From positions 1,860,001-1,924,000 of the forward strand of contig NEEC01000014.1 in the NCBI GenBank assembly GCA_002189035.1: a stretch of 64,000 nt of DNA. The letters run 5' to 3'. The notes beneath the pieces are model-generated. The model was given only the letters and a program-made list of their open reading frames with translations. It did not search any database and was not told the origin of the DNA. Position 1 is the first letter of the stretch; the number at the start of each line of letters is the position of its first letter. This DNA comes from Utricularia gibba (taxonomy: Eukaryota; Plantae; Magnoliophyta). This document shows, one piece after another, positions 1 to 10,746 of this stretch. The position numbers and the translations under genes were made by a program.

Positions 1-1901
1 CCTTTTCTTCTCCTTCCTAAGAGTTGATTACGGACCTTCTGTCATAACAAACACTGCTGTGTCGGAGTTTGTTGATGCCTACTGCAATTTCTCAGATGGA
101 AGATGGGTTCGTGATCCTTCGATCCGATCTCCGCGGCGGTACGACCACACATGTAAGGAGATATTTAAAGGCTGGAATTGCATTGCGGCTGGAAAATCCA
201 ATGCAATTGATATTCTGAAGTGGCGGTGGCAGCCCCATGGCTGCGACCTTCCACAATTCGATCCTAAGCGATTCCTAGATAATTTTCGGAGTAAGAGTAT
301 CGGTAAGTTTATAGAATTGAACAGAATGCGAGCATAAGATCATCAAGTGAAATGCCGTGATGCACATTTCAGAGTGTGATTGTAAAATGTAGGTGCTTTT
401 AACATTGAACAAGAGGGTTTAAATGTTCTACAGAGATTTACTTGTCCATAAAAATTTGCTATTGGAAGAAGATTTTCCTTGTAAAGAAAAGTTAGGGACT
501 TGCGATTAAGCTAGGGAATTCCACGTTGCAGGATTTGTCGGGGACTCTCTGAACAGAAACATGTATGTTGCTCTGTTTTGTGCTCTGAGACAAGTATCGA
601 ATGAGGTCAAGAAGTGGCGCCCTGCAGGAGCTGATCGTGGTTATACATTCCTCAACTACAACCTCACCATTGCGTATCACCGCACAAATCTTCTCGCCCG
701 TTATGGTAGGTAAGCTTAGGTTGATGATTCCTATTTGAGCTTATGTAGAAGACCTGAAAGTTACTTTTGCAACCCGGCATGTATTATCGATGCAGTGTGC
801 CTTGAGCTGAATTGATAGTGGTTGTGCATTCCTGTTATTTTTATCTAGGTGGTTAGCCAGCAGTGATAATGGTCCGCTGGAGTCTCTTGGTTATAAGGAA
901 GGATATCGAGTTGATGTTGATGTGCCCGATGGGTCTTGGAAAGAAGCTCCATTGTTCCACGATGTGCTCATCTTCAATACTGGACACTGGTGTGCAGTTT
1001 GATTAGTGTTCTATGCTTAGTAACTGATTTAAACTGGATACCAGTGACCTTGCCGTTTTTGGCGATGTGTCTGCTCTAATTGTTCCTGGCTCAATTCAAT
1101 GATTCAATAAAATGCAGATGGTTCCTATGTGAATCTACTATTCTATTCTTTTTTCTGCTGAATGGTGCATTTGTAGTCGTTGCTCCTGATTTTCATCCTC
1201 TTGACCTTGAAATAGGTGGTGGGCTCCTTCTAAGTTTGACCCTGTAAGATCACCCATGCTTTTCTATGAGAAGGATGCCCCTCTTATTCCTCCTGTTAGG
1301 CCTGATGCTGGTCTGGACATGGTATTACGGCACATGGTATGTTTCCTCTTAGGATTGTATGTCCAAATCGATCCATTGTTGAAAACTGGAAACCATGGAA
1401 CAAGGCTAACTGGTTTATTTGTTTAGTACAGACATCATATGTGGAGAACAACTTGCGACCGGGTGCCATTCTTTTCTTCAGGACCCAATCTCCAAGACAC
1501 TTTGAAGGAGGTGACTGGGACCAGGGCGGATCTTGCTCCCGTATCCAGCCTCTATCAACACATGAAGTAAGCTCTTCATTCCCTGATTTTATCACATTCC
1601 ATGAGTTAGCTGCACAATCTCTGCTTGCCTCCAGGTAGAAGAATTTTTCTCGGTTAGGCTCAACAGAACGAATGTTGAGACACGGCTTGTAAACGACCAC
1701 ATATTCAAGGCACTTAAAGTTACCAAGGCGTTCCATATGCTTGACATAACTCAGATGAGCGAGTTCAGAGCGGACGCACATCCTTCCTCTTCTGGTGGGA
1801 AGAAACATGACGATTGCATGCACTGGTGTTTACCAGGTCTCACTGATACTTGGAATGACCTGCTCATTGCACAACTGAACTCCATTACCACTCAAAAATG
1901 A
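1..1901 (+). CDS. TBL13: Trichome birefringence-like (PC-esterase/DUF231) O-acetyltransferase, 5'-truncated, TBL13-like
   Basis: Exons 2-302, 532-709, 849-989, 1216-1336, 1432-1566, 1635-1901 with GT-AG introns. Motifs: [28 protein letters not shown] (GDS), [24 protein letters not shown] and DCMHWCLPG (DxxH). The frame is open from base 2, so the start lies upstream of the window. The TBL13 label is from recalled similarity. Confidence 0.9.
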
Positions 1902-2393
1902 TGCCTTTTTCCCATCTCTTGGTTGCTCCAAGGTACTTTGGATGCTTTTGTGCATACCTTTCAACAACCTTTTCAATGGCAAGGTTCCTTTTTCCTTTCA
2001 AGTGTAGTAGTGGTAGCTTTCCTTGACACTTGGTCACCTTCATGGTTCATTAATGCCTATTTTTTGCATGTGCAGATTCACCATCACAAAAAGAGCAACT
2101 TTTTCCTCCTGTTTCAATCTTGTTTTGAAAAAATGGAGTGGAAATCACAGATCATGATCGATCCCAAATCACAGGCCTGAGTTTCATTTTCGTAAGAATC
2201 AATCATCTGAAAACTGTATGTTCGTAGGTCACACCGTGGAACTTTCTACAGACAGAACCGGTGTTCATTACCACCTAAAAGGAATGACTGTAGAAGAAGA
2301 TGCCAGGCTACATAAAAAGAAAGCGCCTGCGATGCCAAAACTGAAAAAAATCAACAATCCAATGCAAGGTCCCAATACTTGGGTTTTGTGGTA

Positions 2394-3816
2394 CTACGCC
2401 GCCTGTTGCCGGAGTTCTTTTCTGAGACTTCGAGAGAACGGGCCGCAGGCATCGACGCTGAGATCAAGCGCAGCTGAAAGGGCCACGAAGGCTGCCGCAT
2501 CCTCCGTGCAGCTCACGTGCTGTGCACCCACTTCAACTTCCGGTTTACTGCATTTGCCGTCGCCGCCGACGGTCGACGACATGACGAATCCCCGTAAAGT
2601 AGGTGCCCCACGATCCAGACCCCGAGGCCGACCCCAAATCCGAACTGGAGCCCGAACCCGAAGACGACCCGAAATCGAAGCTACCATTGGGACTCGTCAT
2701 CAAACTTGGCCCGGTGGTGATGTCTACGCTGAACTTCCCACCGGATTTCGCGTCGATGGTGGAACTCGCGAGAGAGATAGTGTCCACGCCTCCTCCGTCG
2801 GGGATAAGATCGAAGCGGTAACCGAGGGAGTTACGGCCAATGCCGCGGCGCTCTCGCCACGCCTCGAGCCGAGCCCATGGCTTCCAGGTGCCGTGGCCTG
2901 GCCGGAGAATGAGCCACGCCCCTGGATTAGATTTTGTCACACAGTCGGAGCCTTCGGAAGGCACAAACGGCGTAAGAATCGATGCTGCCGCCACCGGAGA
3001 ACCAGAGAGGTCGTGGATAGTTATGGACCACCCTTTTCGCTCTTTCAAAGGCTTTTGTTGTTCTTCCCCAATCGGCGAACGGAAACAGCTAACCACCGAC
3101 GAAGTACTCGGCTCCGACGCGGGAGATCTGAAAGCCACAGTGTCTAAATTTCAGCTGGAGTTCGAAATTCAAATTCTACTTTGAGAATCTCACAGGATAT
3201 TATTCGATTTACCTGGATCTGGAACCCCATTCTCCCGAATTTCTGAATGCGAACTTGCAACTGAAAACCGGCTGCTGCACATTCCCATTGACCTGAAAAA
3301 CCTGGGGGCTGCACTCCGGCTCGCCGTCGAAACGAAACACAAATCTGGGGTCCGGCTCCGCCCTAACAGTGAGATGAAGCTTGGAACCCGACCCGCCAAA
3401 AGCGACCCACCCGTTCTGAATCACGGTCGCCTTGTTAATCCCCCAATTCTCCATAACATTCTTCAAGTCCAACTGCACGACAACGCAGCCGATAAGCCTC
3501 CCCCTCCTGAAACCGCCGCATCCGAGGCTACTCCCCCTACGCGAATATCAATCTTCAACTCGGAACGAGCCTTGCCTGACTTCTCGATAAGCCTCTCCAC
3601 CTCCGCCTTGCTCAACGAAAAACAGACGTGAACCCTATTCTCCACGACAGCCTCACCGCCTGCAGCGACAACCTTGATGTCAGAGATCTGCGACGGAATC
3701 CCCCGGAGCTTGAACCTACAGTAGAATGCCGAAGACGAAGAGAGCCGCGACGGCGTCTCCGGCAGCGTCAACGCCAAATTCCCGACAAGGAACCGCACGA
3801 AGGGACAGGGATCCAT
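2394..3816 (-). CDS. DUF1005 family protein (2 exons, two apparent frameshift sites)
   Basis: MDPCPFVRFLVGNLAL start; AEPDPRFVFRFDGEPECSPQVFQ; KERKGWSITIHDLSGSPVAAAS; PGAWLILRP; WKPWARLEAWRER; GFVMSSTVGGDGKCSKPEVEVG...DAAAFVALSAALDLSVDAC. Intron 3212-3128 (GT..AG). Frame changes near 3535 and 2600. Confidence 0.9.
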
Positions 3817-5210
3817 TCTCGCGGGAAAGCAAAACAGCAGCGAAAAGGTCGTCCTAGTTTCACTTTAGGGCACGACGCCGGCGGCCTCAAAACGATTGAA
3901 TCTCGGACTCCACCAACAACGAAACGGCTGTACGTATGCTACGTATAAAACCATGTCGTATAGGTGGGGGCCCCACCAAGGCGGTGGCCAGGCTGGATCA
4001 AGGTGGGCTTCTTGAGAACGTGCGTACCCAACTGAGCTGGTTCTGGTCTTTTATTTTATTTTCCCCCAAACAAATAAATAATATTATTCCCAATTAAAAA
4101 ACACACACACCGAAGGGGAATCTTCGGGGATGAGTGGACCCCATCGACAGCTGTAATCTGATCATGAACCGTTGGAGGCCAACCTCATCAACATTGAATT
4201 GAATTGTATTGTATTGTGTTCCTGGATGGGGCCCCCACCCCAACCCCCAGTTAGCTCTTTTTTTTTTTCTTTTTTTTCGCCTTCGATAAAAAAAATTGTC
4301 GGAAAATGAAAAATTGGTTTATACTTTATACGTTGTGAATGAATTACTACCACCTTTTTATAGTTGGTTCGTGGTAACGGAAAGAGCAGAAGATGAGACA
4401 TGTAAAAAGGGGGGAGTCGTTGTTCGGAAATGGGGAGGTGGTCCGGGGTGTCCGAGCCGCCCGTGCAATCAACGTCCGCCCAATTTGAACTCTCAAATCG
4501 GGGTCCTTGTGTTTATTATTAAAAAAAGGGGGGTTGTGTAGGTGTTAGCAACAACTCAGTATGAGCTGCAGCATCCGAATATGTTCAAGGGAAGAGAAAG
4601 AGAAAGAGAGCGGGGGGTAACGTATGCCTATGGGAATATGTATGTAATGTACAGCCAACCACAGTTGTTAAACGCGCACGTTTTAGGGTGCGCATTTTTG
4701 GACCACGTGAGCTGCGTCCGTGGAGGAGCACATCCCATCCCATCCCTTTTGGTGACGACGACTTGTGTTGTTGGTCTTTGGATATTAGTAAACTGGCGCT
4801 CCTCTGGAACATGCCACCACATCACACAGTAATAAATAGCACCATGCGTGCGTTTCCAGCCTCCCTTTATTTGCTACATAATAAACAAATGAACACAAGA
4901 ACCCCGATTTTACATTCCTAGTACATATAACTCATCCATTATATTCATCGAAATTATTATTTTGCATCAAATATAATAGTATTTTAACCATATATTTATA
5001 ACATAAATATAAATAATTCAAATATTTTCAAAATTGTTGGAGGATGGCGGATACTGGGTGGTGCAATACAGAGAGAATATTTATCAAATCCGAGGGAGTA
5101 GAACACCATTTCTCCACATGTTTTTTTACAAAAATCTTGAAATGATATCGAGGAATGAAGACAACTCTTACCTGCCATCGACTTTCGGGGGCCTTGGGGT
5201 GGATGGAAGG

Positions 5211-8130
5211 TTACTTCGCCACGGTTTGCTGCTTCCCGTCGGGGATGGAGAACAGAACCACCGGCTTTGAGGGTCGAATGTAGGGAGAATCGCATCGATA
5301 GTAGCCTTTTCTTTCCAGCTGCAAAACGTCTCCACGCTTCAGGTTCCGCATGTCTGATTCTCCCAGGGCGGGGGTTTCTGTTTTCGTGCATGGCCTCACC
5401 ACGTCGATGAAATCTTCGTCTTCTTCGAGCTGCATGAAAGGAGAAAGGTTGTGAGATTGCATAGAGATGAAATCACGGTAGTGATGATGCGGTCCATCAC
5501 CTTCTTCTTTGTGATGAGGTAGTCAAAGTCGACGAGAGTCAGCCGGATGAGCTCATTGGTGTCCGCAAGCCAAGTGAGTTTCAACTTGGTCTTCTTTACA
5601 TTCCCATCAAGATTGAGAACTCCGACCAGCTCTGTAATGATCCCGTTCTCATCTTTCTTGATTTCCTTGACAATCGCATTGCCCCAGTCCTTGAGAGTCA
5701 CTTCCTCGTTGGCGGAGATTGCTTCAGCATCCACATAATCTATCCACAATTTGCTTGAATAGGTGACGGCCTTTTCCCCAGCGCCTTCATATTTTTTATG
5801 CTTGGGAAGAATGCGAACAAAGGGCTCTTCTGGGCCATCAGTTAGCAGAAGCATTACACGGCGTTCCTCAATGACAGCAGTGTGCCTTGGGCAAACTGGA
5901 TCAATGATCTTTTTGTTTATGGCCCAGAGCTTGTCCCATTCCATAAGATTTAGATTCTTTGATGCACCCTAAATGGTTTGATGATGAACCATTGTCAAAA
6001 CATGGAAGATTTTTTTTTTCCAGGAAATGAAAAAAGGAGGAAAACCACTTGCAGGAAATGAGAACTTACTTGTTCCAAAATAAATTGAACCAGTGCTTCA
6101 ATCTTCAGGCCCGACGAACTATTCCTTGAACTGTAGGAAAGCGGGGATCATCCCAACCATCAACCTTACCATTCTGAACAAACCACAAAAGCTTGCGCTT
6201 GCTGAGAAGGGTATACACCATGTTCAGCCTGCTAAATTCGTATATGTGGACTTTCCTGAATCCCATATCATTCTGAATTCTGTAGTACTGATCATTCCGA
6301 TCATGATACTCACTGGAGCGAAGTGCATGTGTGATTCCTTCTACAGCATCAACAAACGGGCAACAAAAGTCATAAGTTGGGTATAATTTATATTTAGAGC
6401 CTATCCTATGATGAGGAGTAAGATTGCAACGGTAATACACTGGATCTCTCATTGACTTGTTAGGATCCTGCATATCCAACTTTCCACGAACGCAACACTT
6501 CAAACCTATCTCTGAACCAGAAATCATTTCCTTCCACAAGTTCAAATTCTCATCCACACTGTTACTCCGGGCAGCTGATTCAATACCCTCCATCCTTTCC
6601 TGCTGCATTTTCTCACGTGGAGTGTCATCAACATAAGCCTTACCCTCGCGAATCAGTTTTTCAGCCATCTCCATAAGCTGTGGAAAGTAGTCTGATGTGT
6701 AGGTTACAGCACTGTACTTAATCCCTAGAGTCTCAATATCTATAAGAAGATTCTCAACAAATTCATTACTCTCCTTATCTGGGTTTGTGTCATCAAATCG
6801 TACAATTACCTGTCCTTTGTACCGTTCCGCAAAGTACTGGTTCAAAAGCGCGGCTTTTGAATGACCGATGTGGAGAAACCCACTAGGTTCGGGTGCAAAC
6901 CGAAGTTTCACCTTTCCAACTTCAGCATCAGGGAGATCCACCTCAAAGGTCGGATTTCCTGCTATATCAGTTGAATTCCCACCATTCTCCTCCACAACTG
7001 ATTGAGAGCCAGAGGGTTGAGCGTCTTTCAACTTTGAATTTGAAATCTTTGTAGGCCCCTTTCTCAAAGTATACATGGAAATAAAGTCGCCTAGTACAGC
7101 AGCATACTCATCAGATATTGAATTGAACCATCGAACTAGGTTTAGATACTTTTTAGATTTTCTTAAACTTTCCCATCTGTGGCCTACTCCTGAAAACAAA
7201 AGGCAACATATCATTACATCCAATTTATATTTACTCTCAGGAAAAAGGAATAGAAGCCAATGAACAGAAAACTTGGTCACATAAAACTGTAATTACCAGC
7301 AAGGCGTGCCCAAATGGCAACGTCTGCGATTGACAGACTGCTACCAACAAGAAAAGTATTCTGCAGTAAACACTGATCGACAAAGCCGCAGGCTCCTTCG
7401 AATTCAGATCCATAACCAAAGATAGGTGCATAGTCGAGCCAGTCATCAATCTAGAAACAAAAATGCAAATCTATTAAGAAATACTTTGAAGGTCTGATTA
7501 AATAATCACGATTACGAGGGAAAACCAGGAAAAACAATGACCCTGACAAATTAAAGAACCTAAAAAGATGGAAAAGGAACCTGTTTTAACGCATTAGTAT
7601 CCCCTTCATACGAATCTGGATGGCTGGAAACCGCACCAATATGTTTAAGAATCTGAATTTCTCCATTTAAATTCTTCCTGCAAATGTTGTTGGGCCTTAA
7701 TAGCATCAATAGAAAAAATGATAGCCAGAACCATTCAAGCTTTTTCGAACGCGGGGCAATTCTTCATTGGAAAATCATATCAAAACCAATCATGCATACA
7801 AAATGCATGTACGGCTCAGATCACAAGTTGGCCACGCACACTCTAGCGTCAATGAAGTTCTATCGCCTCCTAATTTGATTACACCACTCATTTTTCAATG
7901 CATCGCCACCAACTTAAAACCGAAATTAGTTACCGATTACTCTAGAAACCATCTTAGAACTCCAAAAAAAATCTTCGAGTTTCTTGCGCGGCAACTTACC
8001 CGTCTCCCAATACGAGGACCGGTTCTGAACCCGAGGAAGGAGATGTGGCCACAGTAAGTGAAACAGCAAAGATCTTTGCGGCGGCGATGGCGGCAAGAGG
8101 CGGAGAATCGGGAGAGAATTTCAGCTCCAT
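5211..8130 (-). CDS. GluRS: Cytosolic glutamyl-tRNA synthetase (GST-like N-terminal domain, HIGH motif); one apparent frameshift
   Basis: Exons 8130-8000, 7677-7581, 7450-7297, 7189-6070, 5968-5501, 5429-5211. Motifs: LRFAPEPSGFLHIGHSKAA (HIGH), RFDDTNP, YPTYDFCCP, LLSKRKLLWFV, GWDDPRFPTVQG, QLERKGYYRCD. Frameshift at 6110-6112. Confidence 0.95.
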
Positions 8131-8191
8131 AGCGCCTAGGGTCGGAGAAACGTTCTCAGCCTCAGACAAAACTCAGCATTAACATTTGGAC

Positions 8192-8266
8192 TTGGGCTTG
8201 GTTTGTTAATTATTTTTTAACTTGGGCTTCACTCTTTATTTTTTAGATTGGGCCCACAGCCCAACT
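8192..8266. promoter_or_regulatory. Cluster of TCP site II elements in the GluRS/MADS divergent promoter
   Basis: TTGGGC three times plus GCCCA within 75 bp. MADS-side TATA (ctataaaa) at about 8498-8505. Confidence 0.55.
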
Positions 8267-8559
8267 GAACGTACGGTTGCTTGTAAACGTTAATCTTCGT
8301 GTTAGTGCTAATAAATGGGGAAACAAGTGTGATTAATATCTTATTATTTCATTTTATAAAATGATCAATAATTTCAAATGTAAGGCACGCAAAAAGAGAG
8401 ATTAGCATTAATCTTGATTCCTTATGCGGCTAAGTAGTAATTAAAAACTTCCTTTTCTGATCTTGATACTTTGAATAACAAAAATTTCAAATTTTGCTAT
8501 AAAAAGGCTGATTCAAATCAAACCGACTGTCTTCTTTCCCTCCCATCTGTCGCAGCGCG

Positions 8560-9465
8560 ATGCAAGAAGCTCCTGCGGGGAAGAGGACGAGGGGCCGCCA
8601 AAAGACCAGCATGGAGAAGATCGCTAACATCAACAACCTCCAGGTCACCTTCTCCAAGCGGCGCGCCGGACTGTTCAAGAAGGCCAGCGAACTCTGCACT
8701 CTCTCCGGCGCGGAAGCCGCCGTGATCGTCTTCTCTCCGGCCAACAAGGCCTACTGTTTCGGCCACCCCAATGTCCAAACCTTGATGGACAGGTACTTGG
8801 CTTCTGAAAATGAACTCTAGTTATAAATTGTTTAACAACTGATGGATACGGATATGCCTGATAACGACAGGTTCAATGGCGTTACGGAGGCGTCTCATTC
8901 CGATCCGGTGATCGAAGCACATCGTAGTTCCACCATTCGGGAACTGAACTCGGAGCTGACGCAACTGGAGAGCATGCTGAGGATGGAGAAGCGGCGGTCG
9001 GAGGAGCTCGAACTGGTCCGCAAAATGGGAAGGATGCAACACTGGATTCCTGTTCCTCCAGAGGAGATGACCAGCGTGTCTCAACTCAAAGATCTAGAGC
9101 AATCGATCATGGCGTTTGAAAGGAGTATCGATCAGAAGGTGCAGAATGAACTACTCCTCCTCGCCGCTGCAGCTAACAGCAATCACCTTCCGATGTATGC
9201 AGATACCACAAACGCACTTGTTGCCGGCCATCAAGATATCCTCTCTAGCATCATCCCTTCCCTGGAGTCCAACCACTGTTCACATTTCACCCCCGGATTC
9301 TCCCATCCCGGAGCCGACGTTGAACCACCATCGGAGCTCAACCCGATGGCCGGAATGTTCCCTACCGACGACCTCCATAACCCTTTTCTCCAGTTTGATC
9401 ATCAGAGTTTAGCTTTCAACCTCCATGATGGATTCGGCGGTAGGCACACTCCAAGGATGCTTTGA
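8560..9465 (+). CDS. Type I (M-alpha) MADS-box transcription factor, AGL61/AGL62-like
   Basis: MADS domain [63 protein letters not shown]. The downstream coiled-coil ORF 8842-9465 is in the same frame. Three in-frame stops at 8818-8835 are removed by a putative GT-AG intron 8793-8870. Confidence 0.85.
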
Positions 9466-10236
9466 TCATGTGTACCATCCTCACTATTTCCTAAATATTC
9501 ATTAAAACCACATGTCTTCTGGCACAAAGCATTCATTCAAGACACATGAACCCTGTCCAAAGACTCCAAACAGATGGCCGCATTCCCCTGTCCAGACATA
9601 GCTTTATCGTCTAATTACACTCATCCAATAAGATAAGGACGCGTGTCGGCAGAGGATGGAAAATTTTACTAATAAAATTATATTGTTAAAAATAAAATTT
9701 TAATATAAAAAATGCAAATGAGATTGCAATGAGATAAGGACGCGTGTCACCCCACCCACCGCTTTCACATCAACGGGTGAAATGAAATTGCAAGTATTAA
9801 TTCACTCAACGAATTTTCCCAAAAAAAAAAAAAAAGAGAAAGAAAACAAACATCATTAATACAAAGGCACATGTTTAAAATAGGTTCAAATCATCCTACC
9901 ATTCATTTTATTATTTTCAATTAAATTTCATTTTTTAATAAAAATTATGGAATCTAATTCAAAAAATAATAAATTAGAGTTAAATAATATCTAATTGTGA
10001 GCTTTAGAAAAATTATTTATTTTTAACAATGCGCTATGTAATGATTTAGGTAGGTGGGTTTTTTTAATATAATATTTTAATTTATTTTTTTTTTGCAGCA
10101 ACGCGCAATGTAATGATTTAAGTAGGTGGGTTGATTTTAATAATTCTCGTGTTATACTTGTATGTGGGAATAAAAAATAATTTAATTGTCATTATTCATT
10201 ATACATAATAATATTTTTAATAAATTGCGTTAGTAA

Positions 10237-10476
10237 GATCATATTTACTCGTTTCCTGTAATACTAATATAACATTTCCGAAAATTGAGTTATTAAGTTT
10301 CCATCACATTTATATTCATTTTCGGAAATCATAATACTAAAATAAATATTATAAATTATATTTTAAATCATTTTCATAATAAAACCGGATTTATTCATTT
10401 CCGTTTCCCAAAAAAGTTTTTTTAAATATTTATCTTCATTGCTGGAAATGCTTTCCGTAAATGAGTAAACGTGTTG
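10237..10476. mobile_element. Tourist/PIF-like MITE in SCPL copy 1 promoter
   Basis: TAA target-site duplication at 10234-36 and 10477-79. Imperfect TIR gatcatatttactc / gagtaaacgtgttg. The empty site gttag-TAA-aatgtgg is at about 15356-15370 in copy 2. Confidence 0.75.
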
Positions 10477-10580
10477 TAAAATGTGGGTTTGAAAGGGAAT
10501 CGGAACTGACAGTTTGAAAATTTCTTATGAGAATAATATATTTAAATTGTGTATGTGTTATGAGAATGGGGAGAGCAAAC

Positions 10581-10600
10581 CACGTGAACTCAACTAACCA
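10581..10600 (+). promoter_or_regulatory. G-box adjacent to an AC-like MYB site, SCPL copy 1 promoter
   Basis: CACGTG followed by CAACTAACCA, about 165 bp upstream of the ATG. Confidence 0.45.
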
Positions 10601-10746
10601 CCAGTCACCAGCGCGGCGACTGGAGAAGGGTGTTATGAGCCATCTGAAATGGACTCCGTGCAGCGACATCGGCGTCTATATGAGTTCCATTCGAGCCCAT
10701 CTGTTCATCCATCCGTGCAACTTTCTACCTCAACGGGCAACATCAA

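Noticed and set aside
1296-1823. 175-aa minus-strand ORF
   Set aside because: Antisense to TBL exons and introns, with no family motif.
2218-3147. 309-aa plus-strand ORF
   Set aside because: Antisense shadow of the GC-rich DUF1005 exon, with no recognisable motifs.
10022-10136. Short local duplication of about 40 bp in the SCPL copy 1 upstream region
   Set aside because: Real but an ordinary small tandem duplication; no function suggested.
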